In this document: positions 7,689 through 17,531 of the stretch, in pieces
How positions within the stretch are numbered: position 1 is the stretch's first letter
Layout of the letters: every line of letters starts with the position of its first letter
IMG/VR virus record: IMGVR_UViG_3300044638_007755
Reading direction: 5' to 3' (one strand)
Length of the DNA: 64,000 nt
DNA from: an uncultured virus (IMG/VR IMGVR_UViG_3300044638_007755)
Taxonomy: Duplodnaviria > Heunggongvirae > Uroviricota > Caudoviricetes
Notes under the pieces: generated by a model
The model's database searches: none
The model's input: only the letters and a program-made list of their open reading frames with translations
Told to the model about the DNA's origin: nothing
Translations under genes and position numbers: made by a program

Positions 7689-7717
7689 TTGACAAATCTT
7701 TCGAAAGATCATATTAT
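7689..7717 (+). promoter_or_regulatory. sigma70 promoter with a palindromic operator in the spacer
   Basis: TTGACA-17-TATTAT; perfect 14-bp palindrome ATCTTTCGAAAGAT at 7696-7709. Confidence 0.7.
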
Positions 7718-7752
7718 ATTACATCTTGGCAAGTTAAGTGCAAGGAGAAAAA

Positions 7753-7956
7753 ATGTCAAATTCAAATTTTGATCATAATCTTATAAATTCGATACTAACA
7801 GTAAAAGCGTCAGAACAATCGAATTCTGATGTTGCTAAAGACCTAAATCTTCCCGAAGGAAAAACCATAGCAGAATTATTAGATGACAAAAAAAATATCG
7901 CCAGACAAACAGAAGAAACAGAGCAAGAAGAAATCGACCAAGCTGAAGAAAACTAA
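7753..7956 (+). CDS. small acidic hypothetical protein
   Basis: AAGGAG RBS before ATG at 7753. Confidence 0.55.
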   Translation: MSNSNFDHNLINSILTVKASEQSNSDVAKDLNLPEGKTIAELLDDKKNIARQTEETEQEEIDQAEEN

Positions 7957-8620
7957 AACTAAATCTAGTAAAAGTTCTCCACAAACCTTATCTAATAATG
8001 TTAGCGAAGAAGAGTTTTTATTAGTTTTAGATAATATCAGCAGAAGATTAGCTCATAAATTCAAATTTGCTTACCATAGTTTTGATGACATGAAGCAACA
8101 AGCTGCTATTTTTGCTCTTGAGGGACTAGAAAAATACGACAGAAGTAGACCATTAGAAAATTTTCTTTGGACCCACGTAAGAAATAGATTATTTAATTAT
8201 AAGAGAAATAATTATCAAAGACCAGATAAACCATGCATCTCTTGTCCTCTTTTTGATAAGACTTATAAATGCTCTAACAACCAATGCTCTGCTTATACAA
8301 ATAAAAAAGACTGTGAGCTTTATGCTGCTTGGAGCAAACGGAACGAAACTAAAAAAAATATTATTCAACCATCATATATCGAAGACGATAATCATCATGT
8401 AGATAAAAGCTCTAATATTACAGACATAATACAAAATCAAGAAATTATTAGTTTTTTGGATGCAAACATTCGTAACGAATATAGAGAATCATATCTCAAA
8501 CTTAAACACGGCATGAAGATTCCAAAGCAACAACTCAATAAACTTCAAAATCATATCCTTAAACTTATGGAGAATACAAAGTGGAAAAACCATCAGCTCC
8601 ACGAAAACGAGGACAACTAA
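7883..8620 (+). CDS. phage RNA polymerase sigma factor (sigma70 region 2-like) with a Cys-rich insert
   Basis: FDDMKQQAAIFALEGLEKYD..LENFLWTHVRNRLFNYKR resembles region 2.2-2.4; CISC..C..C..C cluster follows. Confidence 0.7.
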   Translation: MTKKISPDKQKKQSKKKSTKLKKTKTKSSKSSPQTLSNNVSEEEFLLVLDNISRRLAHKFKFAYHSFDDMKQQAAIFALEGLEKYDRSRPLENFLWTHVRNRLFNYKRNNYQRPDKPCISCPLFDKTYKCSNNQCSAYTNKKDCELYAAWSKRNETKKNIIQPSYIEDDNHHVDKSSNITDIIQNQEIISFLDANIRNEYRESYLKLKHGMKIPKQQLNKLQNHILKLMENTKWKNHQLHENEDN

Positions 8621-9408
8621 GTTTAGACGAAGAAAAATTTATTCGAGATAATGTAACTAAGATGTCCATGGAAGACATAGCAGAAAATCTCAATAGAAAT
8701 ACTGCTCCAATTAAACGATATATTAATGAAAACCAACTATTAATAACGGATGAAGATAAAAGCAGTAATGAATTTTTAAGATATAAACTGTATAGCAAAA
8801 CCTTTTGGGGAGAAATTAAAAGACAATTTGATGAAGATACTGGCGAATTAAAATATTTTGAAGATACATGGATTGGCCTAATAAAACAATTTAGAGAAGA
8901 CGTTTTACCAGCTGAAGAACTACAGATCAAACAATTTATTACAATTGATATTCTTATTAATCGAAGTATGAAAGAGCGCAAAAGACATATCGCAGAAACT
9001 GAAAAACTTCAAAAACAGGTTGATAAAGAATATGAGAGACCTGAATCAGAACGAGATATTCCTAAACTGGCTAATCTTGAGACACAACTTTCGTTCGCAC
9101 GTAACAGTATCGCTAATTACACTAATGAATATACCAAGCTCCTTAATGAACAGCAAAAAATTAGCAAAGATCTTAAAGCAACAAGAGAGCAAAGAATCAA
9201 ACGAATAGAAGACGGTAAGAGCTCTTGGACAGGATTAATACGAATGCTAGAAGATGAACAGATCAGAGAGAAAGAAGGACGAGAGATGGAAATTTTAAAC
9301 ATGGCTACAGAGAAGACCATGAAACAACTTAGTTCTTTACATACATTCCAGGATAATACTGTAGACAGACCATTTTTAACCCCAGAAACAGTAGAGGAAG
9401 ATTCATGA
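8581..9408 (+). CDS. HTH plus coiled-coil protein, candidate terminase small subunit
   Basis: N-terminal HTH (MSMEDIAENLNRNTAPIKRY), long coiled coil, located upstream of TerL. Confidence 0.45.
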   Translation: MEKPSAPRKRGQLSLDEEKFIRDNVTKMSMEDIAENLNRNTAPIKRYINENQLLITDEDKSSNEFLRYKLYSKTFWGEIKRQFDEDTGELKYFEDTWIGLIKQFREDVLPAEELQIKQFITIDILINRSMKERKRHIAETEKLQKQVDKEYERPESERDIPKLANLETQLSFARNSIANYTNEYTKLLNEQQKISKDLKATREQRIKRIEDGKSSWTGLIRMLEDEQIREKEGREMEILNMATEKTMKQLSSLHTFQDNTVDRPFLTPETVEEDS

Positions 9409-10400
9409 CTAAAACTGCTCTAATAACAGGAATCACAGGACAAGATGGATCATACTTAGCAGAACTTTTACTTCAAAAAGACTATACAGTAGTAGGCTTA
9501 TATAGAAGAACTAGTATTGATCATTTTGACAGAATTAAACATTTAGGCCAAAACCCTAACTTAACATTAGAAGAATTCGATTTAACAGATCCCTCGAATG
9601 TAATTAATACTATAGACAAATATCAACCAGATGAATTCTATAATTTAGCTGCACAAAGTCATGTTGAAACTAGTTTTCGACAGCCAACCACAACTTTTGA
9701 AATTGACACTATAGGTGTTATTAATATTTTAGAGGCTATTCGACACTATTCGTCTTCTACAAAATTCTATCAAGCTAGTACTAGTGAGATGTTTGGTCGT
9801 AATTTTAGTACTTGTCCAGATACTAATATTAAATATCAGGATGAAAATACTGAGCTTTTACCTCAAAGTCCATACGGAGTGGCAAAAGTAGCTAGTCATC
9901 GCATGGTACAAATTTATCGAGATGGTTATGGTTTATTTGCTACTAGCGGAATTTTATTTAATCATGAAAGTCCACGACGAGGCGAAAACTTTGTTACTCG
10001 TAAAATAACTAAGTATATCGGCAATTTAGTTAATAATGGGTACTCAGAAAATTTAAAACTAGGAAATCTTAGGGCCCAACGAGATTGGGGACATGCTAAG
10101 GATTATGTTAGAGCAATGTGGCTAATGTTACAGCAGGATGTTGCTGATGACTTTGTTATTTGTACCGGTCAAACTTGGAGTGTACTAGACTTTGTTAGAA
10201 CCTCATTTGAATATGTTAATTTGGATTATACAAAATATTTAGAAATTGATCCATCTTTATGTCGTCCAGCCGAAGTTGATTATTTAAGAGGACGTAATAC
10301 CAAAGCGCATAACATATTGAACTGGTCACCAGAAATAGACTTTAATACTCTTATTAAAGATATGGTAGATCATGATATAGGAACAGTATCTAATGTCTAG
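9405..10400 (+). CDS. gmd: GDP-mannose 4,6-dehydratase
   Basis: ALITGITGQDGSYLAELLL, YNLAAQSHV, FYQASTSEMFG, PQSPYGVAK, LFNHESPRRGENFVTRKIT, RDWGHAKDYV. Confidence 0.97.
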   Translation: MTKTALITGITGQDGSYLAELLLQKDYTVVGLYRRTSIDHFDRIKHLGQNPNLTLEEFDLTDPSNVINTIDKYQPDEFYNLAAQSHVETSFRQPTTTFEIDTIGVINILEAIRHYSSSTKFYQASTSEMFGRNFSTCPDTNIKYQDENTELLPQSPYGVAKVASHRMVQIYRDGYGLFATSGILFNHESPRRGENFVTRKITKYIGNLVNNGYSENLKLGNLRAQRDWGHAKDYVRAMWLMLQQDVADDFVICTGQTWSVLDFVRTSFEYVNLDYTKYLEIDPSLCRPAEVDYLRGRNTKAHNILNWSPEIDFNTLIKDMVDHDIGTVSNV

Positions 10401-10671
10401 AAATTATGATGATCCAATATATAAAAAATGGAGATTACAAATTTACGAAAGAGACAAATTTAAGTGCCAATGGCCAGGATGTAATATTACTAAAAAATTA
10501 AATGCTCACCATATTAAAAGATGGGCAGATAATCCTGGGTTAAGATATAATCCTTTAAACGGTATTACATTATGTAAAAATCATCATAAAATGGTAACTG
10601 GCTTAGAATCTTACTATGAAGCAATTTTTCTAAAAATAGCAGCAAATAACAATGACAACAAATCACAATGA
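10393..10671 (+). CDS. HNH endonuclease
   Basis: RDKFKCQWPGC..AHHI..NGITLCKNHH. Confidence 0.85.
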   Translation: MSRNYDDPIYKKWRLQIYERDKFKCQWPGCNITKKLNAHHIKRWADNPGLRYNPLNGITLCKNHHKMVTGLESYYEAIFLKIAANNNDNKSQ

Positions 10672-11137
10672 CTTTACTATAATCGTAGATACACGAGAAC
10701 AACAACCTTGGACATTTGATAATTATGCCGTAGCTCATAGAAAGCTTGACGCTGGAGACTATAGTATTGAGGGACTTGAAAATATTTTGGCTATTGAAAG
10801 AAAAAAAAGTGTAAATGAAATTGCTAACAATATTATTGAAAGTAGATTTAAGGACGCTATAGCAAGACTATCAGAACATAAGTATGCTTTTTTGTTATTA
10901 GAATTTGATATTCAAAATGTATTAAACTATCCTATTGGAAGCAATTTACCTAAAAGGCTTTGGGATAAAATTAAGATTAGCCCAGCTTTCTTAATGAAAC
11001 ATATTTTGGAGTGGCAAACGGAACATAATATTAAAGTCATGTTTTGCGGATCATCTAGCGATGCTGAAAGCGTGGCGGAATTCATACTAAACAAGGTTTA
11101 TTATTTAGAAGTAATTAAAAAGGAGAAATTATCATGA
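10652..11137 (+). CDS. ERCC4/XPF-family structure-specific nuclease
   Basis: IIVDTREQ, LDAGDY, IERK motifs. Confidence 0.85.
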   Translation: MTTNHNDFTIIVDTREQQPWTFDNYAVAHRKLDAGDYSIEGLENILAIERKKSVNEIANNIIESRFKDAIARLSEHKYAFLLLEFDIQNVLNYPIGSNLPKRLWDKIKISPAFLMKHILEWQTEHNIKVMFCGSSSDAESVAEFILNKVYYLEVIKKEKLS

Positions 11138-11694
11138 ATCTTAATCAAACAATCACTCTTAATCCACCACCATACACAGATACTAATACTAATAAAGTTA
11201 TAACACCACCTCCTATTGTAATGGATGTTTTAGATGTGACATATAGTGATAATCCATTAAATAAAAATGTTATCGCCAATATTAAAAATATACCAAGCGC
11301 TATCGGACTACTACATGGTGCAGACTATGATGCTGCCGGAGATTATTCTCAAGCATTTATTGAAAATAAACTACGTCAATATCTAGGTAATGATCCAGCT
11401 GCGACTTTACGTGCTTTATTTCCTAAAACTCTGGAAGAAAATCCAAATGGAGCTGGTACTATTTTAACAGGTATGATTAGTGCTTTGGGAATTAAGAGTA
11501 GTAGCACATGTTCTTGTAGGAGACATGCTTTAGAGATGAATGAAAAGGGCAACGACTGGTGTGATCAGAACATCGATACTATTGTTTCTTGGCTCAAGGA
11601 AGAAAGCTCTAAGAGAGGTTTACCGTTCGTAGAAACAGTAGGTCGTATGATGGTCAACAGAGCCATTTCTAAGTCTAGAAAATTACAAGGCTAA
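11134..11694 (+). CDS. hypothetical protein
   Basis: 186-aa ORF translationally coupled to TerL; CSC..MN..WC motif. Confidence 0.7.
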   Translation: MNLNQTITLNPPPYTDTNTNKVITPPPIVMDVLDVTYSDNPLNKNVIANIKNIPSAIGLLHGADYDAAGDYSQAFIENKLRQYLGNDPAATLRALFPKTLEENPNGAGTILTGMISALGIKSSSTCSCRRHALEMNEKGNDWCDQNIDTIVSWLKEESSKRGLPFVETVGRMMVNRAISKSRKLQG

Positions 11695-13715
11695 TGACCA
11701 AAAACTTTGATTTCGATGATTCCTGGTTAGGTTTAGGTGATCTATCCAAACTTCAGATCGACAAGAATCTCATGATTCATCGATCCAAGATTGACATAGA
11801 ACAACCAGACTTACATCTAATTAAGATACTGAGAAATCCAGACTATATTGGATCTACATGTAAACTCTTATTTAATATAGAACTACATCCTATTCAAATT
11901 GCTATTATTCAAGAATTTTGGATACGAGCATTTCCTATGTATATAGCTAGTCGTGGTTGGGGAAAGTCTTTTCTATTAGCTTTGTACTGCGTATTAAGAT
12001 GTTCTTTTTATCCTGGAACCAAGATAGTTGTTGTTGGAGCAGCATTTAGACAAAGTAAGATTATCTTTGAATATATGGAAACCATTTGGAGAAACAGCCC
12101 TATTTTACGCAGTATCTTTAATAGCAACGATGATGGACCTAGACGAGACGTAGATAGATGTACTATGAGACTGGGAGACAGTTGGACCATTGCTATTCCC
12201 ATGGGTGACGGTAGCAAAATCAGAGGTCTTAGAGCACATATTATTATTGCTGACGAATTTGCATCTATCAGTCCAGATATTTATGAAACGGTAGTATCTG
12301 GTTTCGCTGCTGTTTCAGCTAGCCCAATACAGAACGTAAAAGAAGAAGCTAAAAAAGATGCTATGAGAGCAGCAGGATTATGGAATGAAGAGCTAGAAGT
12401 TCTAAATAAAAAGATGGGTAACCAAGCTATTATTTCTGGTACAGCAGATTATGCTTTTAAACACTTTGCTAGCTATTGGAGAAGATACAAAGCTATTATT
12501 GAAAGTAAGGGAGATACTAATAAGTTAGAAGAATTATTTAAGGGTGAAGTACCAAGTAATTTTAATTGGAAAGATTATAGCATTATAAGAATACCTTATG
12601 AGTTAATTCCAAAAGGATTCATGGATGATAAACAAGTATCTCGCGCTAAAGCTACTATCCATAATGGAATATACAATATGGAGTATGCAGCTTGCTTTGT
12701 TAGTGATAGTGAAGGATTTTTTAGAAGAAGTTTAATTGAAAGTTGTGTTGCTAATGATAATAAGCCAATAGTTATAGGAAATAAAAAGATTGTTTTTGAT
12801 GCAGTCACCAGAGGTAGTAACGAACATAAATATGTATACGGGATCGACCCAGCATCCGAACAAGATAATTTTAGTATCGTAGTTTTAGAGTTACATAACG
12901 ATCATAGTCGCATAGTATATTGTTGGACTACTAATCGTAGTAATTTTAAAGAACGTCAAAAAACAGGATTAATTAAGGAACACGATTTCTACGGATTTTG
13001 TGCTAGAAAAATTCGAAATTTGATGAAAACTTTTCCTCCAGTAAAGATAGGTTTAGATGCTCAGGGTGGAGGTGTTTCTATTGAAGAAGCTCTACACGAT
13101 CCTAGCAAGCTTGAAGACGGAGAATTAGTTATTTGGCCGATTATAGATCCAAACAAATCAAAAGATACAGACGACCAATCTGGTTTACATATATTAGAAT
13201 TGGTGCAATTTGCCAAAGCAGAATGGACAGCACAAGCTAATCATGGTTTAAGAAAAGACTTAGAAGATAAAGTATTATTATTTCCAAGATTTGATAACTT
13301 AACATTAGGGTTAGCTTTAGATAAAGAAGGCAAAGACATTTTAGACACAGACCTCAATCCTATTTATGATAGTGTTAGTGAATGTATTTTAGAAATAGAA
13401 GAACTAAAAAACGAATTGACAACAATAGTAATGACTCAAACTAGCACCGGAGCGAACGCTAGAGATCGATGGGATACTCCCGAAGTAAAACTACAAAACG
13501 GCAAAAAAGGCAGACTAAGAAAAGATAGATATAGCTCCCTATTAATAGCAAATATGATAGCTCGTCAAGCTCAAAGAATACTACAGCCCATAACATACGA
13601 TGTTGTTGGAGGTAATAGAAGAGAAATGGTCAAGAATGATGGAGCAATGTACAAAGGTCCAGAATGGTTTACTTCCGCTGCAAATGATGATATTTATAAG
13701 GGAGTATATAGATAA
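11694..13715 (+). CDS. terL: terminase large subunit
   Basis: Walker A ASRGWGKS, IRGLRAHIIIADE Walker B, nuclease YGIDPA..D and KDRYS. Confidence 0.92.
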   Translation: MTKNFDFDDSWLGLGDLSKLQIDKNLMIHRSKIDIEQPDLHLIKILRNPDYIGSTCKLLFNIELHPIQIAIIQEFWIRAFPMYIASRGWGKSFLLALYCVLRCSFYPGTKIVVVGAAFRQSKIIFEYMETIWRNSPILRSIFNSNDDGPRRDVDRCTMRLGDSWTIAIPMGDGSKIRGLRAHIIIADEFASISPDIYETVVSGFAAVSASPIQNVKEEAKKDAMRAAGLWNEELEVLNKKMGNQAIISGTADYAFKHFASYWRRYKAIIESKGDTNKLEELFKGEVPSNFNWKDYSIIRIPYELIPKGFMDDKQVSRAKATIHNGIYNMEYAACFVSDSEGFFRRSLIESCVANDNKPIVIGNKKIVFDAVTRGSNEHKYVYGIDPASEQDNFSIVVLELHNDHSRIVYCWTTNRSNFKERQKTGLIKEHDFYGFCARKIRNLMKTFPPVKIGLDAQGGGVSIEEALHDPSKLEDGELVIWPIIDPNKSKDTDDQSGLHILELVQFAKAEWTAQANHGLRKDLEDKVLLFPRFDNLTLGLALDKEGKDILDTDLNPIYDSVSECILEIEELKNELTTIVMTQTSTGANARDRWDTPEVKLQNGKKGRLRKDRYSSLLIANMIARQAQRILQPITYDVVGGNRREMVKNDGAMYKGPEWFTSAANDDIYKGVYR

Positions 13716-13773
13716 TTAGTGTATATCTTTTTGACAGTTCTATTATAATCCTATTACAATACCAATATAAATT

Positions 13774-15975
13774 ATGGCTAAAAAATATCCGAAAAGTCAA
13801 GTTATCCAAGACGCCACAACAGGTAATCAGGAAGCATATATTGCTTGGGGTGAAGATTTATCTAGTAAACAAGACGCTTTAAAGAAAGCTTCTGAGTCTT
13901 TAGACGAATATACCGGAATCCAAAAAGCAGAAGCCGCTGGTCGTAGATATAGTCTTGATTATTCTAATTTGGACGGAATAACTGGTGGTCGTCCAGGATT
14001 AACTCGTACAGATTATGACTTTTTCAGACCAGACGAAGCAGTACCTAGGCGCAGTATTAAGTTGATTATGCGCAGAGCTGAGGATATTTATCAAAGAGTT
14101 GGTCTAGTTAAAAATGTCATTGATCTTATGGGAGATTTCGGAGTACAAGGTATCAAAATTGTCCATCAGAATAAAAGAATAGAAAAATTTTATAGACAAT
14201 GGTTTAAGAAAATATCTGGCAAAGATCGTAGTGAAAGATTTTTAAACAACATCTATAAAGTAGGTAATGTTGTTATACATAAACAAACCGGAAAATTAAG
14301 TCTTAAAGTTACAGATAAATTATATAGAACAGTTGCTGCTCCCGACTTAGATATTACCGATCTAGACTCTATTGCTCTAGAAAAAAGAGAAATTCCTTGG
14401 AGATATACTTTTATTGATCCTGTATTTGTTGAAGTAGCAGCTGGATCTTTATCTTCTTTTGTAACGCAAAAAAGATATGAACTTGTATTACCAGCTTCTC
14501 TTCGTAAAACTATTAATAGTCCAAAGACAGACGCAGAAAAACAAATTATAGATAAGTTACCTCCACAGATTGTACAAGCAGCAAAACAGAAAACAGCATA
14601 CCCACTAGATCCAGATAAAATTATTGTATACCACTATAAAAAAGACGATTGGCAGACATGGGCTTTTCCTATGATGTATGCCATTATGGACGATATTACA
14701 GTTATAGAAAAACTTAAATTAGCTGATATGGCAGCTCTTGATGGGGCTATCTCAAATATTCGTATTTTTAAACTTGGTAGTCTCGAACACAAAATAGCTC
14801 CAACCAAAGCAGCAACCGCTAAATTGGCTCAGATACTAGGAAATAACGTCGGTGGCGGAACAATGGATTTGGTTTGGGGTCCAGATATTGAGCTTCTAGA
14901 GTCTAAAACTAATGTGCATCAATTTCTTGGAGAAGGTAAATATATTCCTCATTTAAATTCAGTATATGCCGGTTTAGGTATTCCTCCAACCTTAACTGGT
15001 ACGTTTGGAGCTGCTGGAACAACCAATAACTTTATTTCTTTAAAGACACTCACCCAAAGACTTCAATATGGTAGAGATATATTAGTAAATTTTTGGGAGA
15101 AAGAAATAGAACTAGTACAAAAAGCTATGGGATTTAGATATCCAGCAAAAATAGAATTTGATAGAATGGATCTAAGTAATGAAGATTCAGAAAAAGCTCT
15201 TTTAATTCAATTAGCTGATAGAAATCTTATTAGTGACGAGCTATTGCAAACTAGATTTGGCTTCGATCCAGACATGGAAAAGAGTAGACTCAATAGGGAG
15301 TCTAGAGATAGAAAAGGTGATCGTATGGTCAAAAAGGCTGGACCATGGTATGATCCAGAATTTGAAAATTCTCTTAAAAAGATTTCTTTGCAGTTAGGAG
15401 CAGCAACTCCAAGTCAAGTTGGTCTGCAACTCGAAAAGAAAAAACCTGGAGAAAAAACTGTCCTCGAAATGAAGATGCCCGTAGTTCCTCCTTCAACGAA
15501 GTTGGCAAACGATCCGTCTTCGGATTCGTTGCCCAAAGAACCTGGAGAAGGCAGACCCAAACTATCTAAAGACACCGAGAAAAGAGCAGATAGAAAATTT
15601 TCACCCAGAACTGGCGCAAAACTTTTAATCTGGGCAACCAACGCCCAAGAAAAAATTAGCGAGATAGTTAACCCCATGGTTTTGGAATTCTATACTAAAA
15701 AAAATCTCAGAACATTATCTAGTGCAGAAGCAGAAGAATTAGAATCCCTTAAAACTAATATACTGCTCAACATGTCCCCATACTCTAAGATAGATCAAGA
15801 CAATGTTTTATTAGCATGTAGTTCTAATGAATCATTAACAGATATTGTTGTCAACTTTCGTAATTGGATTAGAGCATTACAATCAGATTTAAGCAGAGAA
15901 TTATCTATGGACGAATATAAACAAGCTAAAGCTTCTTATTATTCTATGGTGTATGGTAATTTGGATCCAACCTAA
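13774..15975 (+). CDS. portal protein
   Basis: Position after TerL, 733 aa, helical with a low-complexity C-terminus containing GRP. Confidence 0.8.
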   Translation: MAKKYPKSQVIQDATTGNQEAYIAWGEDLSSKQDALKKASESLDEYTGIQKAEAAGRRYSLDYSNLDGITGGRPGLTRTDYDFFRPDEAVPRRSIKLIMRRAEDIYQRVGLVKNVIDLMGDFGVQGIKIVHQNKRIEKFYRQWFKKISGKDRSERFLNNIYKVGNVVIHKQTGKLSLKVTDKLYRTVAAPDLDITDLDSIALEKREIPWRYTFIDPVFVEVAAGSLSSFVTQKRYELVLPASLRKTINSPKTDAEKQIIDKLPPQIVQAAKQKTAYPLDPDKIIVYHYKKDDWQTWAFPMMYAIMDDITVIEKLKLADMAALDGAISNIRIFKLGSLEHKIAPTKAATAKLAQILGNNVGGGTMDLVWGPDIELLESKTNVHQFLGEGKYIPHLNSVYAGLGIPPTLTGTFGAAGTTNNFISLKTLTQRLQYGRDILVNFWEKEIELVQKAMGFRYPAKIEFDRMDLSNEDSEKALLIQLADRNLISDELLQTRFGFDPDMEKSRLNRESRDRKGDRMVKKAGPWYDPEFENSLKKISLQLGAATPSQVGLQLEKKKPGEKTVLEMKMPVVPPSTKLANDPSSDSLPKEPGEGRPKLSKDTEKRADRKFSPRTGAKLLIWATNAQEKISEIVNPMVLEFYTKKNLRTLSSAEAEELESLKTNILLNMSPYSKIDQDNVLLACSSNESLTDIVVNFRNWIRALQSDLSRELSMDEYKQAKASYYSMVYGNLDPT

Positions 15976-15986
15976 GAGGTCAAACT

Positions 15987-17504
15987 ATGCATATTTTTGA
16001 ACAAGAAAAAATCGACGGCTTGGCAGACCTAATGAGCACATCTGCATCAATTTCTTATGCTTGCGTTGCAGAACCTTGTTCGTTAACCTACAAAAAGCCA
16101 CCTAAAATAAAAAGTATCGCATCTTATAGCGATGAAGATCTATATTATGTACAGTCTATTTTAGTAACATCTTCTTGGAATAAGAATGATGATATTTTTG
16201 ATAAAACAGAGGTTTGGAAAGCTAAACACACTCCAGAACACAAGCCAACAAACCTAGAGCATAATGAAGATATTATTATAGGTCATATTATTTCTAATTG
16301 GCCCATTACAGAAGATGGCGATTTAATTGATGAAAATACTCCTATACAAGATCTTCCTAATAAATTTCATATATTAACAGGCTCGGTTATTTATAGAGGA
16401 TTTAGTAATCCAGAGTTAAAAGAAAGATCAGAAAATCTTATTTCACAAATTCAGGCTGGTACTAAGTATGTTAGTATGGAATGCTTTTTTAAGGGTTTTG
16501 ACTATGGTGTTTTAAATACTCAAACTAATGAATATAAAGTATTAGCTAGGAATGAAGAAACAGCATATTTAACAAAATTTCTTAGATCATATGGCGGAAT
16601 GGGACAACACCAAGACTATAAAATTGGTAGAGTCTTACGTAACATTACATTTACTGGGAAGGGTTTTGTTGACCGTCCAGCAAATATCGATAGTATTATT
16701 TTTATTAAAAACTTATTTCCTGAGACAAATAAAGATAATATTGAAGAAAAAAATTCAGAAATGGTTCAATCGGGTGTATTTATTTCACAGTCCAATATTA
16801 ATTCGGAGAAACTAATTATGAGTTCAGATAATCAAGAAACAGAAATGCAAAAAACAGAAGTTGAAAATGTCAATGTTGAGTTTACGGCTTTATCTTCTGA
16901 AGTTGCAGAGCTAAAACTTGTCAAAGAAAAACTCGAAGCAGATCTATCTGATCTCGCTCAGACCAAAGAATCTGAAATTACTGCTTTAAAAGAAGAAGCA
17001 GCTAACAAGACAAAAGAGATGGAAGAAGAAAAGAAGCAAATGGAAGAAGAAAAGAAGAAAATGAAAGCAGAACTAGATGCTGCTCTCGAAGCCATCGCTG
17101 GCTACAAAACGAAAGAAGCAGAGATGGAAAAGAAAGCTAAGACTATGAAAAGAAAAGCTTCTTTAATCGAGCAGGGAGTAGATGCTGAAATTGCTGCTAA
17201 TATCATAGAGAAATTTGATTCTATGGAAGATGAAGCTTTTGAAGCTATGACAGTCATTTTTGCTGGCAAGATGCCTCCTTGGCTAGATAAAAGCAAAAAA
17301 GATGAAACCAAAGAAGACGAAAAAGACATGAAGGCAAAGAAGAAGGCTTCAGAAGAAAATTCAGATCCAGCTGTTCTAGAAACCGTTGAGATCGCAGAAG
17401 AAGTTAATCTTGGTGTTGGTAGTGCAATTGAATCTGAAGTAGACTCAACTAGAGCGGCTCTTGTTGATTTCGTTCGCAGCAAAATCGGTAAAAAGGTCAA
17501 ATAA
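15987..17504 (+). CDS. prohead protease fused to a coiled-coil scaffold
   Basis: NKNDD..EH..IGH, VSMEC and FTGKGFVDRPAN protease-like motifs, then an E/K-rich coiled coil. Confidence 0.75.
   Translation: MHIFEQEKIDGLADLMSTSASISYACVAEPCSLTYKKPPKIKSIASYSDEDLYYVQSILVTSSWNKNDDIFDKTEVWKAKHTPEHKPTNLEHNEDIIIGHIISNWPITEDGDLIDENTPIQDLPNKFHILTGSVIYRGFSNPELKERSENLISQIQAGTKYVSMECFFKGFDYGVLNTQTNEYKVLARNEETAYLTKFLRSYGGMGQHQDYKIGRVLRNITFTGKGFVDRPANIDSIIFIKNLFPETNKDNIEEKNSEMVQSGVFISQSNINSEKLIMSSDNQETEMQKTEVENVNVEFTALSSEVAELKLVKEKLEADLSDLAQTKESEITALKEEAANKTKEMEEEKKQMEEEKKKMKAELDAALEAIAGYKTKEAEMEKKAKTMKRKASLIEQGVDAEIAANIIEKFDSMEDEAFEAMTVIFAGKMPPWLDKSKKDETKEDEKDMKAKKKASEENSDPAVLETVEIAEEVNLGVGSAIESEVDSTRAALVDFVRSKIGKKVK
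16818..17504 (+). CDS. probable nested in-frame scaffolding protein
   Basis: Internal GGAG RBS at 16805, in-frame ATG at 16818, GTGTAT late motif at 16774. Confidence 0.6.
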   Translation: MSSDNQETEMQKTEVENVNVEFTALSSEVAELKLVKEKLEADLSDLAQTKESEITALKEEAANKTKEMEEEKKQMEEEKKKMKAELDAALEAIAGYKTKEAEMEKKAKTMKRKASLIEQGVDAEIAANIIEKFDSMEDEAFEAMTVIFAGKMPPWLDKSKKDETKEDEKDMKAKKKASEENSDPAVLETVEIAEEVNLGVGSAIESEVDSTRAALVDFVRSKIGKKVK

Positions 17505-17531
17505 CTAACTAATTATAGGGAGAGAACTAAC

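Noticed and set aside
17019..17063. 21-nt tandem repeat ATGGAAGAAGAAAAGAAG
   Set aside because: It encodes MEEEKK heptads of the scaffold coiled coil; an ordinary coding repeat
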